A stretch of DNA of 63,995 nucleotides, the filler included, from Lenisia limosa (lineage: Eukaryota > Protista > Breviatea): NCBI GenBank assembly GCA_001655205.1. It is 12 parts of 12 records of this genome, joined end to end, with 100 filler letters (N's around TTAATTAATTAA, not from the genome) between each part and the next. Parts side by side here need not be neighbours in the genome. Positions count along the whole stretch, not along the records: positions 1 to 6,254 come from LPNZ01001627.1; positions 6,355 to 10,514 come from LPNZ01009715.1; positions 10,615 to 22,247 come from LPNZ01006325.1; 9 more parts are not named here. One strand, given 5' to 3'. A model generated the notes under the pieces. The model saw only the letters and a list, made by a program, of their open reading frames with translations. It ran no database searches and had not been told where the DNA came from. This document shows, piece after piece, positions 1-11,473 of the stretch; position 1 is the first letter of the stretch, and every line of letters begins with the position of its first letter. A program made the position numbers and the translations under genes.

Positions 1-2363
1 CCCCCCCACCCAATCATTTCCCAATTCTCGGGTATAACTGACCCCTCGTCGGCAGGTTGGGTTTCAGCGTAGAAGTCGGCTGTGAACTTGCGCCCTGATG
101 AAGTGAGTGTTAGGTAGCAGAATACGAATCGTGAGAGTGGAATAATCGATATCTGCATATATATACATATATATACATCATACACAATATTAAGACATCT
201 GTGTACCTTGTATTAATCAGATTGTGTCTCCCTATCAATCAATGCGATTTCTCAGAGTACCCTTATTTTTCACTTCGCCAAATAATTGTGTGGGGAAATA
301 AGTCATTAGAATAATTAATGATAATATACAACAACTACTTTCTTGCAAAATAAAAAAAAAGCAATCTCCTACCCTTCTGGTTAGGCATATGCTCGGGAGG
401 GAACCCGGCCTCCTTCATTTCTTGAACCGTCATTAGTAGGTCCTTAGCTTCAAATGACGTTGGGTTCTTCTGTTGGATCTTCTTCTCCTTCTTAGCCTGG
501 GCTTTTCTGTCGCTCTTGCGGGTGGCACTCGTGAAGAACGCTCTAACAGGAGGAACAGTTCCGTTCAGCGTTCCTACAGAATGAGTTTTTTGAGCAAGAA
601 ATAATATCACATAAAAAATCTAGGGAAACAAATGAGTCCAAAGAGGTCTTTTCAAAAACATGATGGGTTGTATTGGCTCTTCCATTCTATATTAAAATAT
701 AATAAAGAGCTTGAAACAAGTTGATTTATTCTCTCCAACAAACCAGGTGATCTTGTGAGGAGAGGTCCTTGCATTGACATTAAGGTGGGAATACAGTCTG
801 CGTGGTTGACAACATCCTACAAAGTAAAACAACAAAGGGAATAATATAAAACTACGAATAGAAATCCACAAGAATTTTCCAAAAAAAAAACTAGCCAGTG
901 TATATCTGGAACCTTTGAGACTCTTAACTGTCTATATGTGACCTCACCTGGGGCAGAAGAGATGGTATTCCGAGAACCACAATTCTTTTGATGCCAAATT
1001 TGTTACGCATGAGAATCCAATCTAAACACGATTATCGATTTTTTTGGACAGTTTCTCAGCTTATATCAAAACGTAAAAAGAATGAAAAATATTTCAAGAA
1101 TTCAGGAAATAACAAATGCCCCCAACCCGGTGTGATAGTTTCCAGGGATCCAGATGCCATAAGAAGGGCACTTTGCACAGTAACGAGTTTGATAGCTTCA
1201 TGGGGTGGTCTTGAGCATGTGGGTGAGACTGTCACCATTGGAGCTTCCTGGGGGGNNNNNNNNNNNNNNNNNNNNNNNNNNNNNNNNNNNNNNNNNNNNN
1301 NNNNNNNNNNNNNNNNNNNNNNNNNNNNNNNNNNNNNNNNNNNNNNNNNNNNNNNNNNNNNNNNAAAAGACAAAATGGTGAAAACTGGGAATTGTTTTGA
1401 CGGTGTTGGGGCGGAATATGAAAAAGAAAACGGAAAACAAAACAAAACTCCAATTATCAACTCTTCTGGTTAAATACCTACGACAAATACGAATAAATAG
1501 TTCAGTCAATATTGCGCTGAGCTTACACTCTCAGGAACAATGGGGACATGTTCTGGGATTTCTTTGATCTCTTTTTTCTTCTTCTTCTTGTCCTTCTTGT
1601 CCTTCTTCTTGGCCTTCTTCATCAACATTGCATCAGGGGTTGGCAGAAGTCCGTTTTTCTAAACATGTGAGCTTCAGTTAGACATTGCAGAGTAACTAAT
1701 GATTCCCTTCAGTTTTACAAAGTCATACTTATTAGCATTTATCAAGAGGTCTGCATAATAGGAGCGGGAGAGCAAATAAACCAATACCTCACCAAATCTC
1801 ATAATGAAGTATGACAAAAATCCATATCTCATTAATAAAATTGCGAAACCTCACCTCAACTTCAGGGGATGGAAGAAGCCCGTCGTCTCTCTAAATAATC
1901 AAAACTGGGAAAAGGGTTCTACTTCCCTTCCAAAAAAATTGGAATTACATATCCTGATAATAATCGATAGCTCTCTGCGCTTTAAAAATCCCAAGCAGCC
2001 CAGGAAGAAATTAAACCTAAGACTAGCATTATCATCAACATTAGTCGTTCATGGAAGTGCTTGTTGAATCTCTAGTGTCTGAAGGCAAAACCAATAATCA
2101 CAACTACATAAAAACATATAGTGTACAAATTTCCAAGTAAAACCCCCCAAAATGCACGATGATTTCAGCATAAAATACTAGAAGCAAACCTCAGGTGATC
2201 CAGAGTGTGCCCGTTTCAGTGACGCAGTCTCATCCGTCATACTCGCTCGAAATACAATGTCCTGTAGCTAACAAAAGACAGAATACAAAGAGGAGCGAAA
2301 GAGGGCTCTTCTGGGGCTTTTATTCTTTAAACTAAAAAACAGCGCCACTTGCGTCGTCGCCAT
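1..2363 (-). CDS. RNA exonuclease 1 (REX1/RNH70/REXO5-like DEDDh family), N-terminal exons; 3' part runs off the window
   Basis: Spliced exons give IKLVTVQSALLMASGSLETITPGW|ILMRNKFGIKRIVVLGIPSLLPQ (~1130-1250, ~948-1021) and DLLMTVQEMKEAGFP (~372-600). These match recalled REX1/REXO5 N-terminal motifs (W..v.nk..i.kvVvl.vP; llt.eem.e.gyP). Lys-rich exon at ~1526-1658. The start codon at 2363 is tentative and the catalytic domain is not in the window. Confidence 0.7.
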
Positions 2364-2960
2364 GAGCTATTTTTGGCCTCATTTTTGTCTCTTTCAGGCT
2401 AGTGTATCATTTTCACATCATCATTATATAATATAAATACAAAGAAGAAAGAAGAAAGAAACGCAGAAACTCAGAAAAAAATAAGACAGACCATAGAAAG
2501 CAGATCAGGCACTGTTGCCTCTCATAAACCCACCTGCAATCCAGCTAGAGAAGAGTGTTGTCTGCATAGGTCACCCAATCAGGACTCGTAACAGGAAGGA
2601 TATTGGTAGGGCTTTGTGTTTAGTTTCTCTTTCAACGCACTGTATCTCTCATGTTTTTATCCATTTACTAATAACAGTCTAGCAATTAAAAAAAGGAATA
2701 ATTCGGTTTCATAATGACTCCACCAATTACCCATTTATAGGGGAACGACTTTTTGAACGTCCGGTGGGCTCTTCTCTAGCGAGTATGGGGCTACTTTCAA
2801 TATAAAGAGTTTATAACAGTGAAATAATTTTTCAATTGATATTCTTAACAGAGGAACATTGTTTGATATTTTATGTGAGGAAACTATTGGCAGCAAAATG
2901 AATGCTCTACTATTTACATTGTGATGACTTGGTGGTTAAACCTGACTATTACAGGGTGAA

Positions 2961-5900
2961 ATGAGCCTAAATGGCAGCGAAATTGGTAGTGAACCATCAT
3001 CCATCAACGAAGACTCTGATGTGGGCAGCAAGTACTCTACTATCAATACCCTGGGCACTTCAGTAACCCGTGTTGAAATACCGTAGTTATTCTCGATCTT
3101 GCCTTGTGGGATGTGAACGTCTTCGGCCAGATACAAAAGATAAATTATGTCTATTTGGGCAATCCTGCATGAACGTTTATTTTCACATCCCAGGTTCTCC
3201 CTTCCAGCGTGAACGATGATACCGACTTGGCGTCACTTAAAGCTGAGCAAGAAATCGCTCTCCCTCAGGTTGGTTCTCATGTCATAAAGCTCATAATCAT
3301 GCTATCTCTCCCATTATCTTGAGATTATGACACTTGGATATGCTATATTTGATCCAATGAGGACCTGCTAATTGTTTTTTTAAGACCGTTTTGAAGCACC
3401 TCTAATATCGCAGTTGAAGATTTCGGAGTCGCAATATGGATGGACTTCGGAGGATCTGTTCGGCTCCAGCCGCCCCGTGAGTGGACAATTCACGCCAAAT
3501 GACCCGAGTGCCGGTTCGCAAACAATCACTCCCTCCGAGCCGCCACTTTCTTCTTTGCATAAGTCCGAAGCACCACTTCCTCCCACCATAGAGCCTGCCA
3601 AGCTTGAAACAAGGCTTGATGAACAGATATCGCTTGGTAGGGTGGTTCAAGGGTTCAATGTATTTTTTTTTTTCTATTTTTATTACTTTGGTAATGGTAA
3701 TGGTATTTCATTTTCCTCACCTTTGATAGACTCTTTCCCCAGCCTTTACTTTTCTTCAGATGTTCCGCCAACCAGAGAAGTCCGAGGCCTTACGGCGCGA
3801 CTTGCCGAATGCTCAGTGGATATTGTGGAAGCCTCCAATAACGTCGACTTGTCACAGCCGTTACAAGATGTGGGGCAAAGGGGAATTATAATGAGCAAAG
3901 AACGCAGATCAGATTGGCGTATATTTCATATGGATCGATTCTCGTCACTATCCAGGGTGATGACAACGCTCCAGAAACGCCAAAAGCGGAAGCCGAAAGT
4001 AACAAAACTGAATCAAAAACGGAGGTTTGAACAAACCTTTCTTACAGTTTTATATTCCAGAAACCAAGTACTTCCGTACCGTCAACAAAAAAGAAAACCA
4101 AAAGACCACATATTAGGTAGGTGTTAATTAGATTATGTTTCAAGTGTGTTACATCAAATAGTATATCATACCATATCATGGTATATGATATTGTTGCATA
4201 AAGTTGTATGTACTCCTTGTAAGGCAACTGATTGGTTGAATTAGTATTATATATGATATAATATATAACTATAATCCAATATCTCTTATAAGTGTAATGC
4301 TCTGGACGGCTTCGACCTTCTCATCTCTCATATTATAATATCATATTATCATCATATGTTATAGGTAATGATGTTGAGCAAAACTAATAATCATTTCACT
4401 GTGTCACTGGGTTTGGAGAAGAATCCTCGATATACTACATAATCAATTATCAATCTGTGACCCATGCAACTCTCTACTTAATCCTTTCCGACCTTTCAGT
4501 CGTCGACATGTCCGCCAAGCCATCGAGTTTATTCATCGCAATGACAGTGACGAGCTACTTAAAGTACGCGTAGAGGGGTCATAGAGGGGTCATGTTAACG
4601 AAATTCTGTGATCATGAACCAGGAGAGTATTCTTTGGAGGTACACAGATAATTGCTGTACTGCATTTTCGTGTAATATTCAAAGTATCACATCCTTTTGC
4701 CAGTAGTGCACCCAACAGTTATGTCATGGTGATTGAGTAATTCACATTTTGACTATCTAGCTCTTTAAGCGCCACCCACTCACTGTGTTTGGTGAGGTTG
4801 AGGGAAAGGTGAGAGGGCAGGTGATAATAAAACGAAGGAATTGAGGGCTGTGGGGCTTCCGACGATAAGAGAAGCAGTATCTTATTATTTCTCCATGATT
4901 TGTTTAAATAATCTATATATCACATGTAGGCATGTATATATTATAGCTAATTATATTATATAGTATATAACCAGGTAGGGAATGACGGTACTCCATTTTG
5001 GATGCGCCCTGCCACGACCGAACATGCAGATCATCATTATCCTCATCCACTTTGCACGACAGAAGATCGACGTTCGAGACAGAGTGGGTTCTGGTTGAGG
5101 CTAAACGGTTCACTGCGTTTAAAGGGATTTGTCGACAGTGTTATCATGAGGCTCATTTCTGAAATTTTCTGTCTAAAAACAAAGATAACGGTTAACCCTT
5201 TAGGAGGGGCTGACGGCACTATTCCATGCCGTCACGACTGGGCACAAGAAGACGGCGGCACGGCTCGTTGCGGCTGGGGCCTCTTTGACTGCCGAGGACA
5301 AAGTGCGTTAGATATTTACCCATATCGACTTTCGAGTCGAAATGAACAAAGATAACACGAGGTGTCTTCTCGAGTGTATCAGAGTCTCGTTGAGACGTCG
5401 GCAATTATTATACGAGTGGATATGAGGTACCATATCACTTTCTGGCTCTGATGTTGAATTATCTAGTAATATAATAATAATATGTGTATATTATACAATA
5501 TCGATATCTTCTCATTAAACACAGACTGTTTACAGTAATGAGGGTACTTGATTCCGGTATCGTTTATTCGAGTTTGGTGTTGTCTAAATAGTGGGGCTAT
5601 TATCAACCATCTTTGACCCTTCAGCGTGGAAACTGGCCCCTTGACAGTGCTGACGATGAAACAGTTGACTCCATCCTGAAGAGGCTGAACATGCTTGAGG
5701 CTCTGAGGGTATGATTGTTCATCAAGACAAATATTTCAATATTATGCAGTTCAAAGAAACAAACTCAGTTTTTATCTTCACCTTATTTCAGCTTTTCTCT
5801 ATTGTGCTGATTTTATTGTGTAGAATCTGAGCGCACCCCCCTCATGGTCCCAAGACAGGCGGCGAGTGAGTGGGCTCTATTCTTCCGTTTTTGCACACTA

Positions 5901-6169
5901 TCGACGCCATGTAACCATTTGCTGACTGTGATAATATGATCCCCCCCGCGCGCTATTTCTCCACCATATTTTTGTTAATCCAAATGATTACATGTTGGCA
6001 TACTAGTATGTCATATGTCTGCTCGACAAACCCGAGAGGGGCGTGTCATTAGGTGACACAATAACCTCGATTGTGTCACTTCTCCTTATTTCTCTAGGTT
6101 GAACTGATGCTTCGAGAGAAAGACCGTGAAATCGAGAAGCGAGACATGCAGCTTGCTGAAAAAGACGCG
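2961..6169 (+). CDS. Multi-exon ankyrin-repeat / coiled-coil protein, 3'-truncated at contig end
   Basis: Exons with GT-AG boundaries read NMQIIIILIHFARQKIDVRDR (~5000-5085) and EGLTALFHAVTTGHKKTAARLVAAGASLTAEDK (~5204-5302), which are ankyrin repeats. They are preceded by S/P-rich exons (2961-3870) and followed by the coiled coil VELMLREKDREIEKRDMQLAEKDA (~6099-6169). Confidence 0.7.
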
Positions 6170-6206
6170 GTATGTTTGGCACAGTGTCATAATGTAATAT
6201 ATATAT

Positions 6207-6254
6207 AGTCAAAATGCGGATCACTGGACAAAATGCGGATCAGTGGACAAAATG
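6207..6254 (+). mobile_element. Probable terminus of a second pogo/Fot1-like DNA transposon, cut by the contig end
   Basis: After a (TA)n run comes AGTCAAAATGCGGATCACTGGAC, followed by direct 20-bp repeats AAAATGCGGATCA(C/G)TGGAC. This is the same architecture (AGTCA start plus subterminal direct repeats) as the 6755-9535 element. Confidence 0.45.
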
Positions 6255-6439
6255 NNNNNNNNNNNNNNNNNNNNNNNNNNNNNNNNNNNNNNNNNNNNTT
6301 AATTAATTAANNNNNNNNNNNNNNNNNNNNNNNNNNNNNNNNNNNNNNNNNNNNGCACCGAAATATCATAATATAAAAGAGGGGACCCATCAATAACCAG
6401 CAATTCCCCTCTCCACACTGTCAACAAATATCATGTTGA

Positions 6440-6545
6440 ATGAAAGAAGATAAAACAAACAAACAAACAAAACAACTCCAACAGCAGCAACAACAACAAA
6501 CAACAACAACAACAACAAAAAAAAAATTACAACAAGAACAAAAAA
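6440..6545 (+). repeat. (CAA/CAG/AAAC)n low-complexity microsatellite
   Basis: Direct reading of the sequence; it explains the spurious poly-Q/T and poly-V/C ORFs in the track. Confidence 0.9.
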
Positions 6546-6754
6546 CCCTCCTCACCACATCAATATTCAACGACNNNNNNNNNNNNNNNNNNNNNNNNNN
6601 NNNNNNNNNNNNNNNNNNNNNNNNNNNNNNNNNNNNNNNNNNNNNNNNNNNNNNNNNNNNNNNNNNNNNNNNNNNNNNNNNNNNNNNNNNNNNNNNNNNN
6701 NNNNNNNNNNNNNNNNNNNNNNNNNNNNNNNNNNNNNNNNNNNNNNNNNTTGTA

Positions 6755-9535
6755 AGCCATCCCCCCTGACCGCGATAATGAATCTGACCGCGATAATTTG
6801 AAGTTCTATATTTGAAAACCCCCAAGAGAAAAACTGAAAACAACACAATAATCTTCAAATTTTTTCTAGTTTTTATTAAATTAGACCTGTAAAATAGCTA
6901 TGAAACTTTGATTTTTTGATATCAATTCACTGAACTGAACTGAACTGAACTTTTTCTATTTAAGTAGGCTTCCCTTTGCTCAGGATCCTTTTTCAGTTCA
7001 GCTTAATCCAGTGGTGGGCCTGTTGGTTGTTACTTTGTGAAGGCAGGATCGAATCCCGCTCCTCTCCCTTTTTTCCCAATGGTAAGACTCTGTGTTTTTT
7101 TTTTTTTCCTCTCCTTTTTTGGTGCTTTAACTGTTCATTTTAGGTTCAAATTCATGATTACAGCTTGTTGCCAGAATGGGCTCGAGAGTTACAATTCTCC
7201 CAAATGTCTTTGGAAACAATCATTGAGGCGCTCAAATTTCGAAACACTGGTTTGAATGGCATTAACAATATCGAAATATCGAAGATTCTGAAAATTGAAA
7301 AGAAAGAAGTGGATAATAGTGTCTCGTGTATTACTTTGAAGCATCTGCCGGAATGGGCGAAATTAGAAAGAAGAAGATTAATGCAAAATAATTATGCTGA
7401 ACTTGTGCTCTCTGACAAGGTATTTTAATTGTTTTTTAAATAGGTGAAAGTCATTTCTGAAATTCGTGGCGTTGGTGGTGAGAAATTGACGCAAATTCAG
7501 TTGAAAGAATTATTTGGGCTCTCCCAGTCCACTATTAATAAGTATTTGAAACTGGATTATGGCATTCCCCCAAAAAATGAAGGTGGACAACAGTCGTTGT
7601 CTGATGCGGAAGAATTAACTCTTGCTTCGCGGATCCTGACTGAGTTCTACTCCCAAAATGCTCTAATGAAGCATGATTTGATTGCCATGGTTTGTCATTC
7701 AATTTTAAATTTTCAATAATTTTTAGGCTGATTCCTTATTTTGCGAAACTTATCCAGAAACACATCCATCATGTAGACCAAAGTTTACAGAAAGATGGCT
7801 TGATGGTTTTTTTACAAAGACATGAGTATTTGGATTTTAAACTTGGGGTAAGCAAAAAGCAATACATTGTCTTTCTTTCTAACCATTCAGAAACCAAGAT
7901 TTGTAGAATCTTCATATATGTCAGACTCCCTGGCTCCAAAGGTTCAAATGTTTTACAAAAATCTGTTCAAAATTGTCGAAACAAATGATATTCACCCGAA
8001 GCTTATATTTAATGCTGATGAGACTTTTAACGATGCATCAGATGACAAATGTCAAGGTTATGAGACATGGAGATCTTTCAGAAGGTTTTACAAAAACTCA
8101 CGGAAAGGTGGAGCACACAACTCTATGGGCGGCGGATGGTAGGCATGGTGTCAAGTTATTAATATCATCATCCACCTCATATTGTGATGAGTGTCGTCCA
8201 CATAACAAATTACTGTTTACTTTATAGTACTGACGGAAGTCGAATTCCTCCACTGATTATTATTGGTAAGAAAACTGCATCGGAAGCCGAAATTCGCATT
8301 GTTAAGGATCATGGTGGATTCATCGTCTATGGCCCTAAGGTGTGGATGGTAAGTACATAGCTGTGTTGATACCTTACACTCTTCAGGGGACTGATACCTT
8401 ACTGGGTCGAACATGTTCTGATCCCATTTGTTCATGAGACTCGAGAAAAATGGGGGCTCAGTCACTCAGATACAGCCTTGTATCTCTTTGATGGTCATAG
8501 TTCTCGAATTAACGCAGCTGCTCAAAATCTTCTTTGTGATGCTAATATCAAATGTCAACTTTTGGCCTCTCATTCTTCGTATATTTCTCAAATGATGGAC
8601 GTTGGTCCTTATGGGCCTTACAAGAAAAAGATGCAAAAGTATATTCGATCTGGAAGGAAAAAAATCCCTGACAATGTGAAAAATAAGGCTGCAGCTGTAA
8701 GAGAATGTGTTATTGATGCTTCATTGAAATCTTATATTGAGTCTACGTATCCTGAAACAATCAGGTCAGCTTTTAAAAATGTTGGTATTCACGTTACTGG
8801 CTCAGATTTGAAGTTGGAGCCAAATGCTGTTCTCAAGCGTACAAATAATCCTGAGTCAATGACTACACCATTGACGCCACCCAGACCATCTTCTTTGGAA
8901 TATTTGGAATTGACAAGTCCCAGGTGTCTGAAGTTTATTGAGAAAATCAAACACTGTGATGATGCTGTTAAAGTAGCCACAATCAAAGATTTTGCCGACC
9001 TCAAACACACCGAATCCATGGATGAATTTGAAAAACAGAAAGCATCTAATGAATTACCTTGGGTAGAGGGAGTAAGTTATTATATTCTGATGATCCAACT
9101 ACTAACTTGGACGATGATACAAAAAGGACACAAATTGTTCCAATGACAGAAAAGGAGGCGTTTGGTGCTCAGCTGATTGAGAGAAAGAAGAAAGAAGCCA
9201 GAGCACGCCAAGAAAAGAGAAGGAAGAAGGCTGTCGAAGATGCTGACATTATCAGAAAGGGCACACTCCGTGCACTTGAGGTGGTTCAACCTGGTCGTGG
9301 CGCGGTCGTGGTCGTGGTCGCGGTAAACGTCAGTAATATGATTTAGGGAGTCAATATACTTGTTGAAATTATCAAGGGTCTTTTTCACTGATTATTAATT
9401 AAGCTTAAAAGGGGGGAATTTCAAATTAAAAAGATTTTTTCCAAAATAAAACTTTCAAATTATCGCGGTCAGATTCATTATCGCGGTCAGATTCATTATC
9501 GCGGTCAGATTCATTCGCGGTCAGGGGGGATGACT
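6755..9535 (+). mobile_element. Full-length Fot1/pogo-like (Tc1/mariner superfamily) DNA transposon, 2781 bp, TA target-site duplication
   Basis: TIRs are AG(C/T)CATCCCCCCTGACCGCGATAATGAATCTGACCGCGATAATTTGAA at both ends, with 18-bp subterminal direct repeats (2 left, ~4 right). TA flanks lie at 6753-6754 and 9536-9537. It sits antisense, ~60 bp downstream of a donor of the AFG2 gene. Confidence 0.93.
7208..9346 (+). pseudogene. pogo-type (CENP-B HTH + DDE_1) transposase with short introns and at least 3 frameshifts
   Basis: Motifs ERWLDGF/LQRHE (CENP-B-type HTH), IFNADET, RIPPLIIIGKK, LYLFDGHSSR and QMMDVGPYGPYK. GT-AG introns at 7420-7443, 7690-7726, 7848-7890, ~8139-8226 and ~8351-8388. 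Frame breaks near 7810, 8030 and 9058. Confidence 0.88.
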
Positions 9536-9594
9536 TATATCATCTAAACAATCTGGGGAGGGAGAGGGAGTAAGAAGTTCTATTTGTCACCGAC

Positions 9595-10443
9595 CATTTC
9601 TGCCAGTTGGTTAATATCCATGTCATCATCGGTCGGCATTTTCCTCGTGTGAATCGTGAAAATGGACACCCGTGACGGAAGGTCCGGCAAGCGCACGTGC
9701 ACAATTCGGTCAAGTCGGCCCGGCCGCATGAGGGCCTTGTCCTAATATGGTAAGGATAGACCGCCTAATATGCCGAATATGGTAAGTCAATACCCCCCCC
9801 CCCCAACCATTNNNNNNNNNNNNNNNNNNNNNNNNNNNNNNNNNNNNNNNNNNNNNNNNNNNNNNNNNNCACCATTTCCACGCCATCAAGCTCTGTAAGT
9901 AGTTGGGCAATGACACGATCTCCCACTCCGGAGCTGGGGGAGTAAAACAAAGGAAATTTCGATGAAGAACAGCGTAAAAGTTTAATTACGAACCGAATAA
10001 TCTGAAACTCCAACAAACAAAAAACAAACAAAAAAACAAGCAATAACAAACACGAGCAACCAACGCTAAAATGGAGCTGGGGGTAAATCGAAGATAAAAT
10101 ATCAGAGAATAGTATGGTATAGTTATATCATATGATGGCTGCGGGGGTATGAATAGCCATGTATACACAGTATATGCGATGTATTAGAGAGGACAATCAT
10201 CATATGAGGAGGGGAGGTGAATACGATGCCAACAATCTGAATTTGTATGTATGTATATAGAGATACAAAGGGTGTGGTTAAACTTAAAAAGCCGCATGTC
10301 CACACCCTGGGGAGAACTTAGAAAATGTATGAAACATAAAAGGCCCAAATTCAAGGGTTACAAATAACAAAGTAAGTAACGAGACCACCAACCTGCCTGA
10401 GCCATCCGAGCCTCGGGCTGAGGCCAGAGCATCAATTTCATCC
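9595..10443 (-). CDS. AFG2: AFG2/SPATA5 (Drg1)-like AAA+ ATPase, D2 domain exons (fragment)
   Basis: Exons give DEIDALASARGSDGSG|SSGVGDRVIAQLLTELDGVEM...DKALMRPGRLDRIVHVRLPDLPSRVSIFTIHTRKMPTDDDMDINQLAEM, which covers Walker B, the SRH/arginine finger and the SPATA5-type DRVxAQLLTE motif. Confidence 0.85.
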
Positions 10444-11473
10444 TGAGGGTGAATAAAAATGGGGAGGGAGGGGGGTAAAACGAAGGAAATTTCTTTGAAG
10501 AATATTGGAAAAGGNNNNNNNNNNNNNNNNNNNNNNNNNNNNNNNNNNNNNNNNNNNNTTAATTAATTAANNNNNNNNNNNNNNNNNNNNNNNNNNNNNN
10601 NNNNNNNNNNNNNNTATATAAAATATAGCTTACCTAACAATACCTTCTGCCTGTCTTGTTAAGTAGTTAGTCAAGCTCTGCCATGCACCATGCATGCACG
10701 GGCCTCTGAGTTGAACTGGACAACCACCTCTTCTTTCCTTTTTTCTGTTTATCAGTTGTTTAATAATCCAAGGAGGGTGGGTTTTGTTGTGAGGTGTAGT
10801 GCTGTGAGGACGCCCCCGCGTTCCGCTTCCCTGACGCCGGCGGGTATATTCTCGGAAAAGTAGCCTTCCTCATTTCATGAGACCCGGGGTGCCCCGGGAA
10901 CGTTCCGCTTTTTCACAAAATTAAAAAAATTAAACCCGGGGTAACGTTTCGGGAATATAAAATCACATGTGCATGTGCTATGTATGTGTTCTTTCCGCCG
11001 CTCTTCCACTCTCTCTCACTCTCACAAAAGTAAAAGCAGAAAAGTAGCAGAATTGCAAAAAATTTACCAACCAAGTGAAATCATCCTTGGAGGAATATCC
11101 TCCTAGATCAGTCTCAGCTTTACCAATGCCAGGTAAGATATGGAATTGCAACATGTACAGAATGTGTATTATTTGTATCTTAATTTATTGATACATTACA
11201 TTCGTGTTTTTAAAACATAGTTAGAATGCCAAATGTTGCTTATTTCTCACCTTCCTTCTCCGATGCTGTTTCCAAAGTTCGTTAATTTTTCCCAACATCG
11301 ACTCGAATTTCATTATTTCTGACTTATGAATTGGAGTAAGGTATTTGTGTTAACGGTTGTGAGGTAACCCTCGGAAAACTCCTTGTAACAAATCAGGAAA
11401 CACTCCCAGGATATTATAGGATGAACGTAGCGGCTTTGATTTACAATATACCGACATTCACCCTTTAGCAGCC

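Noticed and set aside
6755-6815. Short direct repeats at the transposon ends and the dispersed hAT palindromes as a possible CRISPR array
   Set aside because: There are no regularly spaced unique spacers, the context is eukaryotic, and TIR/TSD structure explains them.
6995-7075. tRNA-like stretch (GGCAGGATCGAATCCCGC, T-arm/B-box-like) inside the transposon 5' region
   Set aside because: I could not pair an acceptor stem or anticodon arm by eye. tRNAscan-SE would be needed, so it is not reported as a tRNA.
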